A stretch of 64,000 nt of DNA from Patescibacteria group bacterium (GCA_041661625.1 JBAZUB010000003.1:69004-133003), one strand, 5' to 3'; positions 40,053-48,872 are shown, counted from the first letter of the stretch. The notes: a model not told the origin generated them from the sequence alone. Numbers and translations are program-made.

Positions 40053-40105
40053 ACATAACAGCGTGTATTCGATATTTTTACATCGCATACACGCAAACGT
40101 TGTAC
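40053..40105 (+). repeat. attC-like site (53 bp)
   Basis: ACATAAC-AGCGTGTATTCGAT..ATCGCATACACGC-AAAC-GTTGTAC; near-identical to the sites at 41885 and 44696. Confidence 0.85.
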
Positions 40106-40129
40106 GCCATAACAAATTATTGCAAGTTT

Positions 40130-40423
40130 ATGTTCTATACCTTGATATATAAAATATTTAAACTAGTCTCTAAAGAAAAACCTGTTCCAGCTATGATTCA
40201 AGGAGGTAAGATCATAGACTCAAAAATTGAAGACAATCGTGTAGATGGAGGGACCTTGCTGAATGTAAAGGAACTGCAAAATACTTCAGTTAAAAGAAAC
40301 TGGGTGAATCTTCCGTCACCGAGAAAAATATCTTGGTTTTGGAAAGCCCTCATAGATCTTGCTATCTTAATTATTGGGGGTTTTATTCTCTACAAAACTG
40401 GCTGGAATGGATCACAGCAATAA
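40130..40423 (+). CDS. Cassette hypothetical protein with C-terminal TM
   Basis: ORF filling the cassette; start uncertain. Confidence 0.6.
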   Translation: MFYTLIYKIFKLVSKEKPVPAMIQGGKIIDSKIEDNRVDGGTLLNVKELQNTSVKRNWVNLPSPRKISWFWKALIDLAILIIGGFILYKTGWNGSQQ

Positions 40424-40435
40424 TTTGTTACGGGC

Positions 40436-41179
40436 GTACAACACGGCGTATCTGGCTCAGCAAGGAACACCAATTTGAAACGTAGAAAATGGCTAACTTA
40501 CGACCAAACGAAAAAGAGAAAGCGTTTCTCAATCTGGCATATAATCGATTCTATGATATTTTTGAGGAAATCGAAAAAGATGATTTTTGGCAGAAAGAGG
40601 ATTGGCACCGATTCACCAAGATACGTGACGCCTTTCTAATATATACTGAACTACTTAACTATGAACCGATCCAATGGATAATTGAACAGATCAGAAAACA
40701 CAGGCCACCAATGGAGGCAGAAATCGGTAGCGATTTATTCAAGTTTGTTAGAAACATCATTTCACATTTCCCATTCTACGAACGTTGGAATGATGTGTGG
40801 GTTTCAAAAGACCTGGTGAATTGGTACAAAGATGGCCAATCTATAGACAAATTTATTGAAAAGTACAAAAATCATCCCGAGGTAAAATATCGAGTTTGGC
40901 AACCAAAAAAGAAGTTGATGACATATCTAAGTATCAATTTCCCTCAAAAATATCAAAGCGACACTAAGCTGTATTTACGAGAATTACTTACAGAAAAAGA
41001 AGGTATCATCTTTTCTATGACTTTCATGAAACAGATATTGGATATACAAGTTGAAGAAATGAAGGTTCCAAATTGATGTCCCCAGCTTCGCCCATATCTC
41101 TCGTTCGTTACGGGGTGCGCCCCGCGCAATTCTACCCCTTCACTCACTTCGAGACATCAGATACGCCGAAACGTTATAC
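40436..41179 (+). repeat. Expanded attC-like site (744 bp) enclosing a 195-aa gene
   Basis: GTACAAC-ACGGCGTATCTG ... CAGATACGCCG-AAAC-GTTATAC. Confidence 0.75.
40489..41076 (+). CDS. Hypothetical protein inside the attC-like site (RNIISH could be a HEPN-like RxxxxH)
   Basis: 195-aa ORF; contains FVRNIISHFP. Confidence 0.75.
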   Translation: MANLRPNEKEKAFLNLAYNRFYDIFEEIEKDDFWQKEDWHRFTKIRDAFLIYTELLNYEPIQWIIEQIRKHRPPMEAEIGSDLFKFVRNIISHFPFYERWNDVWVSKDLVNWYKDGQSIDKFIEKYKNHPEVKYRVWQPKKKLMTYLSINFPQKYQSDTKLYLRELLTEKEGIIFSMTFMKQILDIQVEEMKVPN

Positions 41180-41278
41180 GGCATATTGCTCTTGACGAAA
41201 AGTACATCTAGCACTAAGATTGCGTATTAGTTATTTGACAGCAAAATACTCTCGGGGAGGCGAATCAAAGGAGGGCAG

Positions 41279-41434
41279 ATGTTTAATTATCTGATTGGAC
41301 TGATTCTGGGTGCAACAATCTCAATAGTCACAGTAAATATCAAGATCAGGCCGGGCGATGCGCTTTTGTGGGTACTCCTCTTACTCCTTGTCGTAAGTGT
41401 GATTCTCAACGCCGTTCGTATCAACAACAAGTGA
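41279..41434 (+). CDS. 51-aa hydrophobic peptide with its own promoter
   Basis: AAGGAGG SD; MFNYLIGLILGATISIVTVNIKIRPGDALLWVLLLLLVVSVILNAVRINNK; promoter TTGACG-N17-TAAGAT at 41192-41220. Confidence 0.65.
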   Translation: MFNYLIGLILGATISIVTVNIKIRPGDALLWVLLLLLVVSVILNAVRINNK

Positions 41435-41537
41435 AAACATACGACGCTGGAGAGCTCCGATGCTTCCTCGGGGAAGGTCTAAACTTCCCCACTCCCCAAG
41501 AGTATTTTGTACCATTCAAAAAACATAGCAATACACC

Positions 41538-41599
41538 GTATAACACGGCATATACGTCACTCCACGTTGTTCCGCGCCGCATACGCCGAAACGTTGTAC
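41538..41599 (+). repeat. attC-like site (62 bp)
   Basis: GTATAAC-ACGGCATAT..ATACGCCG-AAAC-GTTGTAC. Confidence 0.8.
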
Positions 41600-41619
41600 G
41601 AAATAATTAATCTACAAAT

Positions 41620-41877
41620 ATGGAAAGAATTAATTACCCAAATCCTAGAGAAGCTGAATCAATGGGCATAGAAGCCGCTGCTTCATTCGAAGGTCTTTAC
41701 AGTATTTTACGCACAATGCTGGAAGTTGTAGGTACGGCAAAAACCTATACACCAGATGAACTGATTACAAAGATTGAAGATGTTCGACGAGGCGATAGAG
41801 ATATCAGCTTTATCACCCGAAGTCATGGTTTACGCAACACCGTAGAACGACTATTAACGAATGAGCAGACTGATTAA
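41620..41877 (+). CDS. Cassette hypothetical protein
   Basis: 85-aa ORF filling the cassette (ITRSHGLRNTVERLL). Confidence 0.7.
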   Translation: MERINYPNPREAESMGIEAAASFEGLYSILRTMLEVVGTAKTYTPDELITKIEDVRRGDRDISFITRSHGLRNTVERLLTNEQTD

Positions 41878-41884
41878 TTACTTC

Positions 41885-41938
41885 GTACAACAGCGTGTAT
41901 ACGATATTGAGACATCGTATGACACGCAAACGTTATAC
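41885..41938 (+). repeat. attC-like site (54 bp)
   Basis: GTACAAC-AGCGTGTATACGAT..ATCGTATGACACGC-AAAC-GTTATAC. Confidence 0.85.
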
Positions 41939-41962
41939 GCCATTACCACATTAATTGAAACT

Positions 41963-42361
41963 ATGAACAGCCCGGAATCTCCAAGCCCAAACGAGACTGA
42001 AAAAATAAAGGAATATAGTAGCTTTGATGACATCCCTAACGATCCCAGATCAGAAGGCTTGCGGCCTGATCACGGTTATGCCGGGGGAGATCCAGATGAA
42101 ATTATTGTTGTTAGTGGGATAAAGTACAGAAAAATAGTTGCCATGCGCGCTTATAACCAGCGGGGGGATGGGGTCATTACTTTGAATCGGCCCTATACTG
42201 AAAAAGAATATTTTTCGCACAGCACTGTCGACGTGGGTCCGGGGCCGGGCTGGGATCAGCTCATGACTTATTTACGAGATCTTGGTATTTTTGATTTTGA
42301 CCCTGACCACCTTTCTGATTTGCCATTCTATCGACTCCAGCCGGTTGAACAAAAGGGATAA
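41963..42361 (+). CDS. Cassette hypothetical protein
   Basis: ATG 41963 lies inside the cassette; the longer tracked ORF starts upstream of the attC and is unlikely. Confidence 0.7.
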   Translation: MNSPESPSPNETEKIKEYSSFDDIPNDPRSEGLRPDHGYAGGDPDEIIVVSGIKYRKIVAMRAYNQRGDGVITLNRPYTEKEYFSHSTVDVGPGPGWDQLMTYLRDLGIFDFDPDHLSDLPFYRLQPVEQKG

Positions 42362-42373
42362 TGTCGTAATGGC

Positions 42374-42436
42374 GTATAACAGCGTATATCCGCCATGCGC
42401 TACCGCGACACAGCAGATGATACGCAAACGTTATAT
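42374..42436 (+). repeat. attC-like site (63 bp)
   Basis: GTATAAC-AGCGTAT..ATACGC-AAAC-GTTATAT. Confidence 0.8.
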
Positions 42437-42590
42437 GACAGAACAACACATTCTTTCCGTCACTGCTATGACGGTTGGGAATCAGGGCAATTTTTCTTCT
42501 GCTGTTTGAAATCATAAATCTGCCTGGATCAAGTCGTGTGTGTCCGACCCGACCCAGGCAGCTAGACTGTGCAGACGATGATGTGAGAGC

Positions 42591-42944
42591 TCAGTCAGTG
42601 CTTTCGTTGTCCCATTCACGCTGGAAGTTCGTTCCATCAGGGAAGGCGATGTAGAGCGTGAACCGAGCCAGAAACTGGTGGGGAAAAAGCTTCGGCAACA
42701 GCTCGCCGAACCGGGCATACGCCTTGGTCGAGACGGACAACCCCCGAATTTCAGGAAGCGATCCTTCCGCGGCATCGTCGAATGTCCCGACAGGGAATCT
42801 GAGTGCCCAACGCGGAGGTCGCTCGCATTCGAAGTCAAAGCCTGCGGGGATGTTGACGTTCGGAATCGCAGGTTTCCTCTCTTCAATGACCGCATAAGCG
42901 CGGACTGTGGCCTGGGGTTTCTGCGCTTCGTTCACCTCAGCCAT
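42591..42944 (-). CDS. Reverse-oriented cassette gene with its own promoter, hypothetical
   Basis: AAAGGGAGGG SD; minus-strand TTGACA-N16-TATATT near 43090-43117. Confidence 0.65.
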   Translation of the reverse strand: MAEVNEAQKPQATVRAYAVIEERKPAIPNVNIPAGFDFECERPPRWALRFPVGTFDDAAEGSLPEIRGLSVSTKAYARFGELLPKLFPHQFLARFTLYIAFPDGTNFQREWDNESTD

Positions 42945-43194
42945 GATCCCTCCCTTTGCTGAATCAATGAGCCGACCGGCGTCTTCGCCGATCACTGCTT
43001 ATCAGTATTGGATACCACCATTACCCTGCTTAGCAGCTGTCTACCGACACAATCGACAGTTCAGCTGACAACCAAGAAAAAGATACTTAAATATAGGCTT
43101 TTCGATAATTTTGTCAAGTCAAAAACACGAAGAAAGATTGACCTGATTCCCAAAACCCTTCCCTTTGGTCAGGTAAAGAATGTATTGTTCCATC

Positions 43195-43284
43195 ATATAA
43201 CAGCGTATATCTGGCTTCGGTTCGCCTCCGGCGAGCCTCCGCCCATATCGCTAGCGCGACATCAGATATACGCAAACGTTAAAC
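43195..43284 (+). repeat. attC-like site (90 bp)
   Basis: ATATAAC-AGCGTATATCTG..CAGATATACGC-AAAC-GTTAAAC. Confidence 0.85.
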
Positions 43285-43408
43285 GAAATGTTGGTCAACA
43301 AATAATTTCAGATATTCGGATTGGGCTCTTTTCAATTTTTCTTATAAAGAAGTTCGCGCCACCCGAGGAATCTCGAATGGCGCGTTACAAGCAGGGCCGT
43401 AGGGCGCT

Positions 43409-43702
43409 CTACTGTTCGGACGAAAGGGCGTTGTACAGCTCTTGGGGCATATTGGGAGAGTTAATGCTTAACTCCCACTGATCCGCGGTCAGATGTAGTT
43501 CCGCGAGAACGCTCTCCCGCTCATTCTCCGGGATGGCCATATCTCGCAGCACATCGAGCAGGACAGAGATTGCCCCAAGGGAACTGAAGTAATTGTATGT
43601 GCGGCTTTCTGTGCCCCCCATACATTCGAGCTCTTCGATTCGCTCCTTCAGCCTCTGTAGGATCACCTCGTGTGCTGGTCGCTTTGCCTGCTGGTCGGTC
43701 AT
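43409..43702 (-). CDS. Reverse-oriented cassette gene, hypothetical
   Basis: AAAGGAGG SD; MTDQQAKRPAHEVIL.. Confidence 0.65.
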   Translation of the reverse strand: MTDQQAKRPAHEVILQRLKERIEELECMGGTESRTYNYFSSLGAISVLLDVLRDMAIPENERESVLAELHLTADQWELSINSPNMPQELYNALSSEQ

Positions 43703-43832
43703 ATCGCGCCCTCCTTTCTGGTTTTCGCGATATTCCTGTATATCACAAGTATACTTTCGCGTCAATACTTGTTCAATAAACAATTAAAAGAGCCCATAAA
43801 GAAAAGGTTGATTATTTGTTGCCCAAAACATC

Positions 43833-43994
43833 GTTTAACAGCGTATAGCAGGTTCAGGAAAATGCGCCTATAATAAGGGTATTAAGGTCGCGCATGTTCC
43901 TTCACCCAAATCGGCTTCCGTTCCAGCGGTGGCGCTACCGCGCAAGTATACCGCTTCCACTCCAGCCGACTTCTGCTATACGCAAACGTTATGT
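43833..43994 (+). repeat. attC-like site (162 bp, branched)
   Basis: GTTTAAC-AGCGTATAGCAG..CTGCTATACGC-AAAC-GTTATGT. Confidence 0.85.
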
Positions 43995-44062
43995 GACATT
44001 TTTGTGGGCTGGTGTAGATAGCTACTTGCCCGAGGGATCCGCTCCTCTTTTTCACTCAATAT

Positions 44063-44701
44063 ATGGACAACAGCCAAAAAGCAGTTCAGGTATACAACAA
44101 AATAGCTGAGGACTATGCTAGTGTGTTTTCGAAACCTTCGGAATATCTTGATGAGTTTTTGGAACTCGTACCAACCAATGGAAAGATTCTCGATGTTGGC
44201 TGTGGCAACGGCGTTGATTGCCTTTATGTGAAACAAAAAGGCTTCAATGTTGTCGGTGTCGACATGTCAGCAAAGATGCTTGAAATCGCACGAAGCAAGG
44301 CTCCAGGTATTGAATATCGTCAGGGAGACATGAGGAACCTTCAGTTCCATGAAAACGAATTCGACGGTATTATTGCTTCTTGCTCTCTAATACATATCCC
44401 AAAACAGGACGTTCCAAAAACTCTACAGCGGTTTACGGGGTTTCTCAAACAAGATGGGGCGATCTACATTCAGTTACAGTCCGGTACGTCAGAGGAGGTC
44501 TTTGTCGATGAACCCTTCAAGCCTGACGAAAAGCTATTTGTGAACGTCATTTCGCCTGACGAAATCGAACTGCTTTTACGCAACGCTGGTTTTGAGATTG
44601 TACATAAACATGAAATACAATCACTGAAAAAAGAGGAGCTAGACTATACTCACTTAATCGTCATTGCCCGATATACCAGCGCCCACAAAAACATCACATA
44701 A
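44063..44701 (+). CDS. Class I SAM-dependent methyltransferase (cassette)
   Basis: ILDVGCGNG, GVDMS, GDMR. Confidence 0.9.
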   Translation: MDNSQKAVQVYNKIAEDYASVFSKPSEYLDEFLELVPTNGKILDVGCGNGVDCLYVKQKGFNVVGVDMSAKMLEIARSKAPGIEYRQGDMRNLQFHENEFDGIIASCSLIHIPKQDVPKTLQRFTGFLKQDGAIYIQLQSGTSEEVFVDEPFKPDEKLFVNVISPDEIELLLRNAGFEIVHKHEIQSLKKEELDYTHLIVIARYTSAHKNIT

Positions 44702-44748
44702 CAGCGTGTATACGATATTATCACATCGCATACACGCAAACGTTGTCC
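44696..44748 (+). repeat. attC-like site (53 bp)
   Basis: ACATAAC-AGCGTGTATACGAT..ATCGCATACACGC-AAAC-GTTGTCC. Confidence 0.85.
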
Positions 44749-44817
44749 GAAGATCAGCCTCCAGCGCAGTAGGATAAGCACGGGTGCTAAAATAGTTAGA
44801 AAAAGTTGTATAATACT

Positions 44818-45585
44818 ATGCCAAACGTTGCACACAGAATAAGAAACAACCAGCGAGCATGGGATAGAGTAGCCGATCTTTTTCTGGAAGCTACCGCCCT
44901 ACCAGCGTGGGCTGTCTTTGGTGTTGGAAAAGATTTAGGGCTTATCCCAACAATTAAAGGGAAATCGTTCCTAGAAATAGGGTGTGGCAGCGGGCGATCA
45001 ATCGCATACCTAGCGCGCCATGGAGCAAAGAAAATTTACGCCATTGACGCATCACCCACACAAATACGCGAAGCCGCAAAATTCAATCACGTCGCACATC
45101 AGCGAGAAACCGTAAAATTGTTTACTGGTCCGATGGAAAAAAAGTACCCGATTCCACCAGTAGACATAGTTTTTTCAATTTACGGGCTGGGTTGGACACA
45201 AAGACCAGAAATTACTTTGAGACACATTTATCGCTACCTGAAGCCTGGGGGACGATTCATTTGGAGCTGGGACCACGCTCTCTTTTTCGATGTAGGTTAT
45301 GAAAAGGATAAATTCGTCGTTCAGCATTCGTATCACGATGAGCGTGTATTACACCGTAAAGATTGGAAAAGACCTGGAGTCAATATATTCATTACCTATC
45401 GCAAAACTGAAACATGGTTTCGGCTTTTGACCGAAGCAGGATTTAATATTATCGAATACCACGAGCCAAAGCCAAAAAACACCGATCGTGCTCATCGTGA
45501 TCCCAAAAAATATTACTCCCTCCAGAAGGCAAAACTCATACCCGCATCATTTATTTTTGTCTGTCAGAAACCAATAAAGTCTTGA
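44818..45585 (+). CDS. Class I SAM-dependent methyltransferase (cassette)
   Basis: LEIGCGSG, LKPGGRF; flanked by GTTGTCCGA / TCGGACAAC. Confidence 0.88.
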   Translation: MPNVAHRIRNNQRAWDRVADLFLEATALPAWAVFGVGKDLGLIPTIKGKSFLEIGCGSGRSIAYLARHGAKKIYAIDASPTQIREAAKFNHVAHQRETVKLFTGPMEKKYPIPPVDIVFSIYGLGWTQRPEITLRHIYRYLKPGGRFIWSWDHALFFDVGYEKDKFVVQHSYHDERVLHRKDWKRPGVNIFITYRKTETWFRLLTEAGFNIIEYHEPKPKNTDRAHRDPKKYYSLQKAKLIPASFIFVCQKPIKS

Positions 45586-45677
45586 AACCGCTCTTATCTT
45601 TATTGGGTGGGAGGCAAATCATCGGACAACAGCACATGATATACTAACATAATCAGCCACTAATTTATTCATATTGT

Positions 45678-46139
45678 ATGAATAGCATCAAAAGCATTGA
45701 ATACCTGAAAGGCAAAAACGTTTCTTTTCGGGTCATCAAATTTGCCAAAATTCCTAAGACCGCCGCCGATGTTGAACGCATATACAACTGTCCCTTGAGA
45801 GAGGTTTTGAAAGCCCTACTATTCATTGGTAAAGACAAGCCCTTTCTCGTGGTTCTAGAGGGCGACAAACGATTAGACTACAAAAAACTGGGTCCGGTTG
45901 TTCAAGAGGAGAAAATGAGAATGGCTAGACTAGAGGAGGTATTGGAAATCACCGGTTATTCGGTCGGTAGCGTGTCGCCATTCTCACTAAAGCAAGACAT
46001 CCTAAAGATCATGGACAACAACGTATTCAAGAACAAAAAGATCAACATCGGTAGTGGTGATCCTTATGCAGGAATCGAAATGGAATCCGTGGAATTACGA
46101 AAGGCGTGGGATGGCAGATTTGCTGAAATCTCGGGATAA
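45678..46139 (+). CDS. YbaK/EbsC aminoacyl-tRNA deacylase family protein
   Basis: VLKALLF, ITGYSVGSVSPF, INIGSG. Confidence 0.85.
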   Translation: MNSIKSIEYLKGKNVSFRVIKFAKIPKTAADVERIYNCPLREVLKALLFIGKDKPFLVVLEGDKRLDYKKLGPVVQEEKMRMARLEEVLEITGYSVGSVSPFSLKQDILKIMDNNVFKNKKINIGSGDPYAGIEMESVELRKAWDGRFAEISG

Positions 46140-46148
46140 TTTAACAAC

Positions 46149-46181
46149 GTAAAACACGGCGTATACGCCGAAATGTTATGT
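46149..46181 (+). repeat. Collapsed (loop-less) attC-like site
   Basis: GTAAAAC-A-CGGCGTATACGCCG-AAAT-GTTATGT. Confidence 0.6.
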
Positions 46182-46223
46182 GAAATATGCCAGGCTCAAA
46201 TTTAGTCATTATTGACAATATCA

Positions 46224-46547
46224 ATGGGAACATCATCGAGAAACGATCGTATCAAAGCGTTTATCCTGTGGTACATCGGCACTGGAGCGCTTGTTTACAT
46301 CGTTGAGATTGCTTTTCTGCATGAACGACAATGGTTAGGCACGGATGGAAATTTTTCCTTCCTACAGTTATTACTTCAAATTCTCAGCCGTGCGGTGGCT
46401 TGGCCGATGCAAGTTCTTTTTGGTATCAACGGACTTGGTTTCAGCGCGGAGGGATTGTACGGTTCCTGGTATCTCATTGGCATAACGATTGTTTCTCTTT
46501 TTATTGGGTGGTGGATAATTCACACAAAGACTAAAAAACCCGCTTAG
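46224..46547 (+). CDS. Small membrane protein
   Basis: Three hydrophobic segments. Confidence 0.65.
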   Translation: MGTSSRNDRIKAFILWYIGTGALVYIVEIAFLHERQWLGTDGNFSFLQLLLQILSRAVAWPMQVLFGINGLGFSAEGLYGSWYLIGITIVSLFIGWWIIHTKTKKPA

Positions 46548-46579
46548 CATGATGTTTGGACGTTATACGAAAGGATGCC

Positions 46580-46732
46580 ATGAAATTTAAAATATTCTTT
46601 GCGTGGTTTGACTTTTGGGTCGGTTTTTTCTGGGATGCAAAGAAGCGGATACTATATTTTTGTCCACTGCCTTGCGTCGTTTTTTCGATCGCGTTCCCAT
46701 CATCTAACAGCGCCAATACGCCATCCCATTAA
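46580..46732 (+). CDS. 50-aa aromatic-rich small protein
   Basis: MKFKIFFAWFDFWVGFFWDAKKRILYFCPLPCVVF..; AAGGA SD; between GTTATAC and a degenerate attC (46702-46766). Confidence 0.55.
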   Translation: MKFKIFFAWFDFWVGFFWDAKKRILYFCPLPCVVFSIAFPSSNSANTPSH

Positions 46733-46802
46733 TTGGGGGCGGGCGCAGGAAGCTCAAACGTTATACGACATCGAATAGCATCATTAATTAGCGCATAGAC
46801 AA

Positions 46803-47453
46803 ATGAAAAGAACCCTGGAAAAAGAGATAATGGACGACAAAGAACAGGTTACCGCCTACGCCCGGGCTGATTTTTCTACGACAAATAATTTATTTATTGC
46901 CAAAGTATCCAGATATAACAGAAAAAATATATTGGACCTGGGCTGTGGCCCGGCTGATATTCCAATCATTCTGGCCGGAAACAATCCCAATATCAGAATC
47001 ACGGCGGTTGACGCGTCCAGTGAGATGTTGGACTATGCCAGAAAACAAATAAAGTCGCGCAAACTGGATAAAAACATTACTTTGGTTAAGGGTAAAATTC
47101 CGGGGTTAGCCAAATCACTAAACAACCGACGATACGATTTTATTATTTCCAAAGATTTACTGCATCACTTGCCGCAACCGGCACCGTTTTGGGAGGAAAT
47201 CAAAAAGCTATCCAACAAAGGAACGGCGGTAATGGTCATGGACTTAATCAGACCCGATAATAAGGAACAGGCGAGAAAAATGGTTGAATCGGGTGCCAAG
47301 AATGAAGCGAAGATATTAAAAACTGATTTCTATAATTCCTTATTAGCCGCTTTTACCATTAAAGAAATTAAACAGCAGTTAAAAACGGCCAAATTGAATC
47401 TTAAGGTGGAAAATATAGGCAGCCGGCATTTTTTGGTCAAGGGTAAAATGTAA
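46803..47453 (+). CDS. Class I SAM-dependent methyltransferase
   Basis: ILDLGCGPAD, LLHHLP, DFYNSLLAAF. Confidence 0.88.
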   Translation: MKRTLEKEIMDDKEQVTAYARADFSTTNNLFIAKVSRYNRKNILDLGCGPADIPIILAGNNPNIRITAVDASSEMLDYARKQIKSRKLDKNITLVKGKIPGLAKSLNNRRYDFIISKDLLHHLPQPAPFWEEIKKLSNKGTAVMVMDLIRPDNKEQARKMVESGAKNEAKILKTDFYNSLLAAFTIKEIKQQLKTAKLNLKVENIGSRHFLVKGKM

Positions 47454-47533
47454 GTATCGCCGACATTTCACGTTATACAACAGACGTGGGCGTAAACGAG
47501 TTCAGGCGCATGGTAAAGTATTAATAAAGCTCC

Positions 47534-47950
47534 ATGGCAGACTTCAATAAAATCGGCGTACTAATACTAAACGAGGACGCGACGAAATTCCTGGTTTGCG
47601 AAGTGCATCCACGGGTTCTGCCACCAACATATCTCATGCCGGGCGGTGTTTTCCACGAGGATTCGATCGAAGAGTGCATCGCCAATGAAATAAAGGAAGA
47701 GCTGGACAGCGCAGTCGATACTTCCACAATAGAGTTTATTGGCGAGTATATCGATGTGGCCGCGACCAATCCCGATAAAACGGTGGCTATTCAACTCTAC
47801 AAAGGTGCGTTATTAAATGAGCCAAAGCCATCTTCCGAGGTTAAGCAGCTTCATTGGATCGGCAAAGAAGGGGAGAACCTTGAAGTTGTATCGCCGATTA
47901 TCCGGAATAAGATTATTCCCGATCTCATCAAACGAGGTATATTGAAATAA
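47534..47950 (+). CDS. NUDIX-like hydrolase
   Basis: MPGG..EECIANEIKEEL Nudix-box-like motif. Confidence 0.75.
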   Translation: MADFNKIGVLILNEDATKFLVCEVHPRVLPPTYLMPGGVFHEDSIEECIANEIKEELDSAVDTSTIEFIGEYIDVAATNPDKTVAIQLYKGALLNEPKPSSEVKQLHWIGKEGENLEVVSPIIRNKIIPDLIKRGILK

Positions 47951-48021
47951 AATTCATCGTCCAAAAGTAAGCATTCCAAAATTTTTGATATAATACCATT
48001 CTACACATTACACACTACCAA

Positions 48022-48390
48022 ATGGAAAACGACGCAATGAAAAAACACACTTCCCCATTCATCGTAATAGCTGTTGTTATTCTTGCGGTGGGATTGGCAT
48101 TTTTCGCTTTTCAATTATTATTTATCCAACCGGACAGTAAAAAAGTCGCCTGTAGCGAACTTCCTTCGGCTGAACAAGTCCAAAATATTCTTACCGAGCA
48201 TACTGATATTATTCAGGAGCTGGGACGTCTCGGTCCCGAAAACACCATTCGATTTGATGCCGACGCGACTAGGTGTCCAGGTAAGGCCGACATTTTTATC
48301 ATTTACGGCACAGAGAAGCAACGTCATCAGATAAAAGATAGAATCGGCGATAATTTCTTCGGAATACCTTACCGAATGGCAAATATGTAA
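48022..48390 (+). CDS. Hypothetical membrane-anchored protein
   Basis: N-terminal TM; CPGKADI..FFGIPYRMAN. Confidence 0.7.
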   Translation: MENDAMKKHTSPFIVIAVVILAVGLAFFAFQLLFIQPDSKKVACSELPSAEQVQNILTEHTDIIQELGRLGPENTIRFDADATRCPGKADIFIIYGTEKQRHQIKDRIGDNFFGIPYRMANM

Positions 48391-48413
48391 TAAAACCTTG
48401 AGAGAATAGCAAC

Positions 48414-48872
48414 ATGTCCAAACTAGATCTCCAAAACGGCATTATCAAGAATTCGCGTGGACTAGTGTACAAAGTCGAAAATGGCCAACGGTTTTTTCTG
48501 TTGACGCAAGAGCTCGATGGCATCTACACGCTTCCGGGAGGCTGTAAGGATCTCGACGATGTCGACTCGCTGTCCGCCATGCAGCGTGAAATAAAGGAAG
48601 AATTAAACTTGAATACAACAGATTACGAAATACGTGGCTCGGATATCCAAAAGACATATCAGAATGTATATCCCGATCCCACCTCGGAAAGGTTCGGCAA
48701 GGACACAATCATTTGTTTGTTTCTTATTCAGTGTATTGATTCACAGTCAATCAAGTTATCAGATGATATAAAAAGTTTCCAGTGGTTTAATGAAATAGAT
48801 GCTTTAAAGTCGTTAACCACAAACCACATGAAGGAAATGTTTCGGCTCGGTATGGAGTTATTGCAGAAATAA
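48414..48872 (+). CDS. NUDIX hydrolase
   Basis: LPGG..AMQREIKEEL. Confidence 0.8.
   Translation: MSKLDLQNGIIKNSRGLVYKVENGQRFFLLTQELDGIYTLPGGCKDLDDVDSLSAMQREIKEELNLNTTDYEIRGSDIQKTYQNVYPDPTSERFGKDTIICLFLIQCIDSQSIKLSDDIKSFQWFNEIDALKSLTTNHMKEMFRLGMELLQK

Larger units (their letters stand above)
38557..47480 (+). mobile_element. Integron-type gene cassette array with no integrase in the window (CALIN); eroded cassette-like genes continue to ~50134
   Basis: Repeated xxxxAAC-A(G/C)..palindromic arms..AAAC-GTTxxxx sites separating short unrelated ORFs; each cassette's leading GTT core is complementary to its trailing AAC core. Confidence 0.88.

Noticed and set aside
41861-41962. N-terminal extensions of cassette ORFs through attC sites (also 40100, 43008-43481)
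   Set aside because: They arise from open frames across attC sequences; internal ATGs fit the cassette boundaries better.
45624-46568. Third gene-containing attC spanning ybaK
   Set aside because: Left arm GGACAAC-AGCACATG has only a weak possible partner near 46548-46568 and another collapsed site lies between; too degenerate to call.
38557-47480. Recurrent ATACGC(C/A)..AAACGTT motifs as a CRISPR array
   Set aside because: Spacing is irregular (hundreds of bp), intervals hold whole genes, repeats vary and fit attC architecture; no cas operon.
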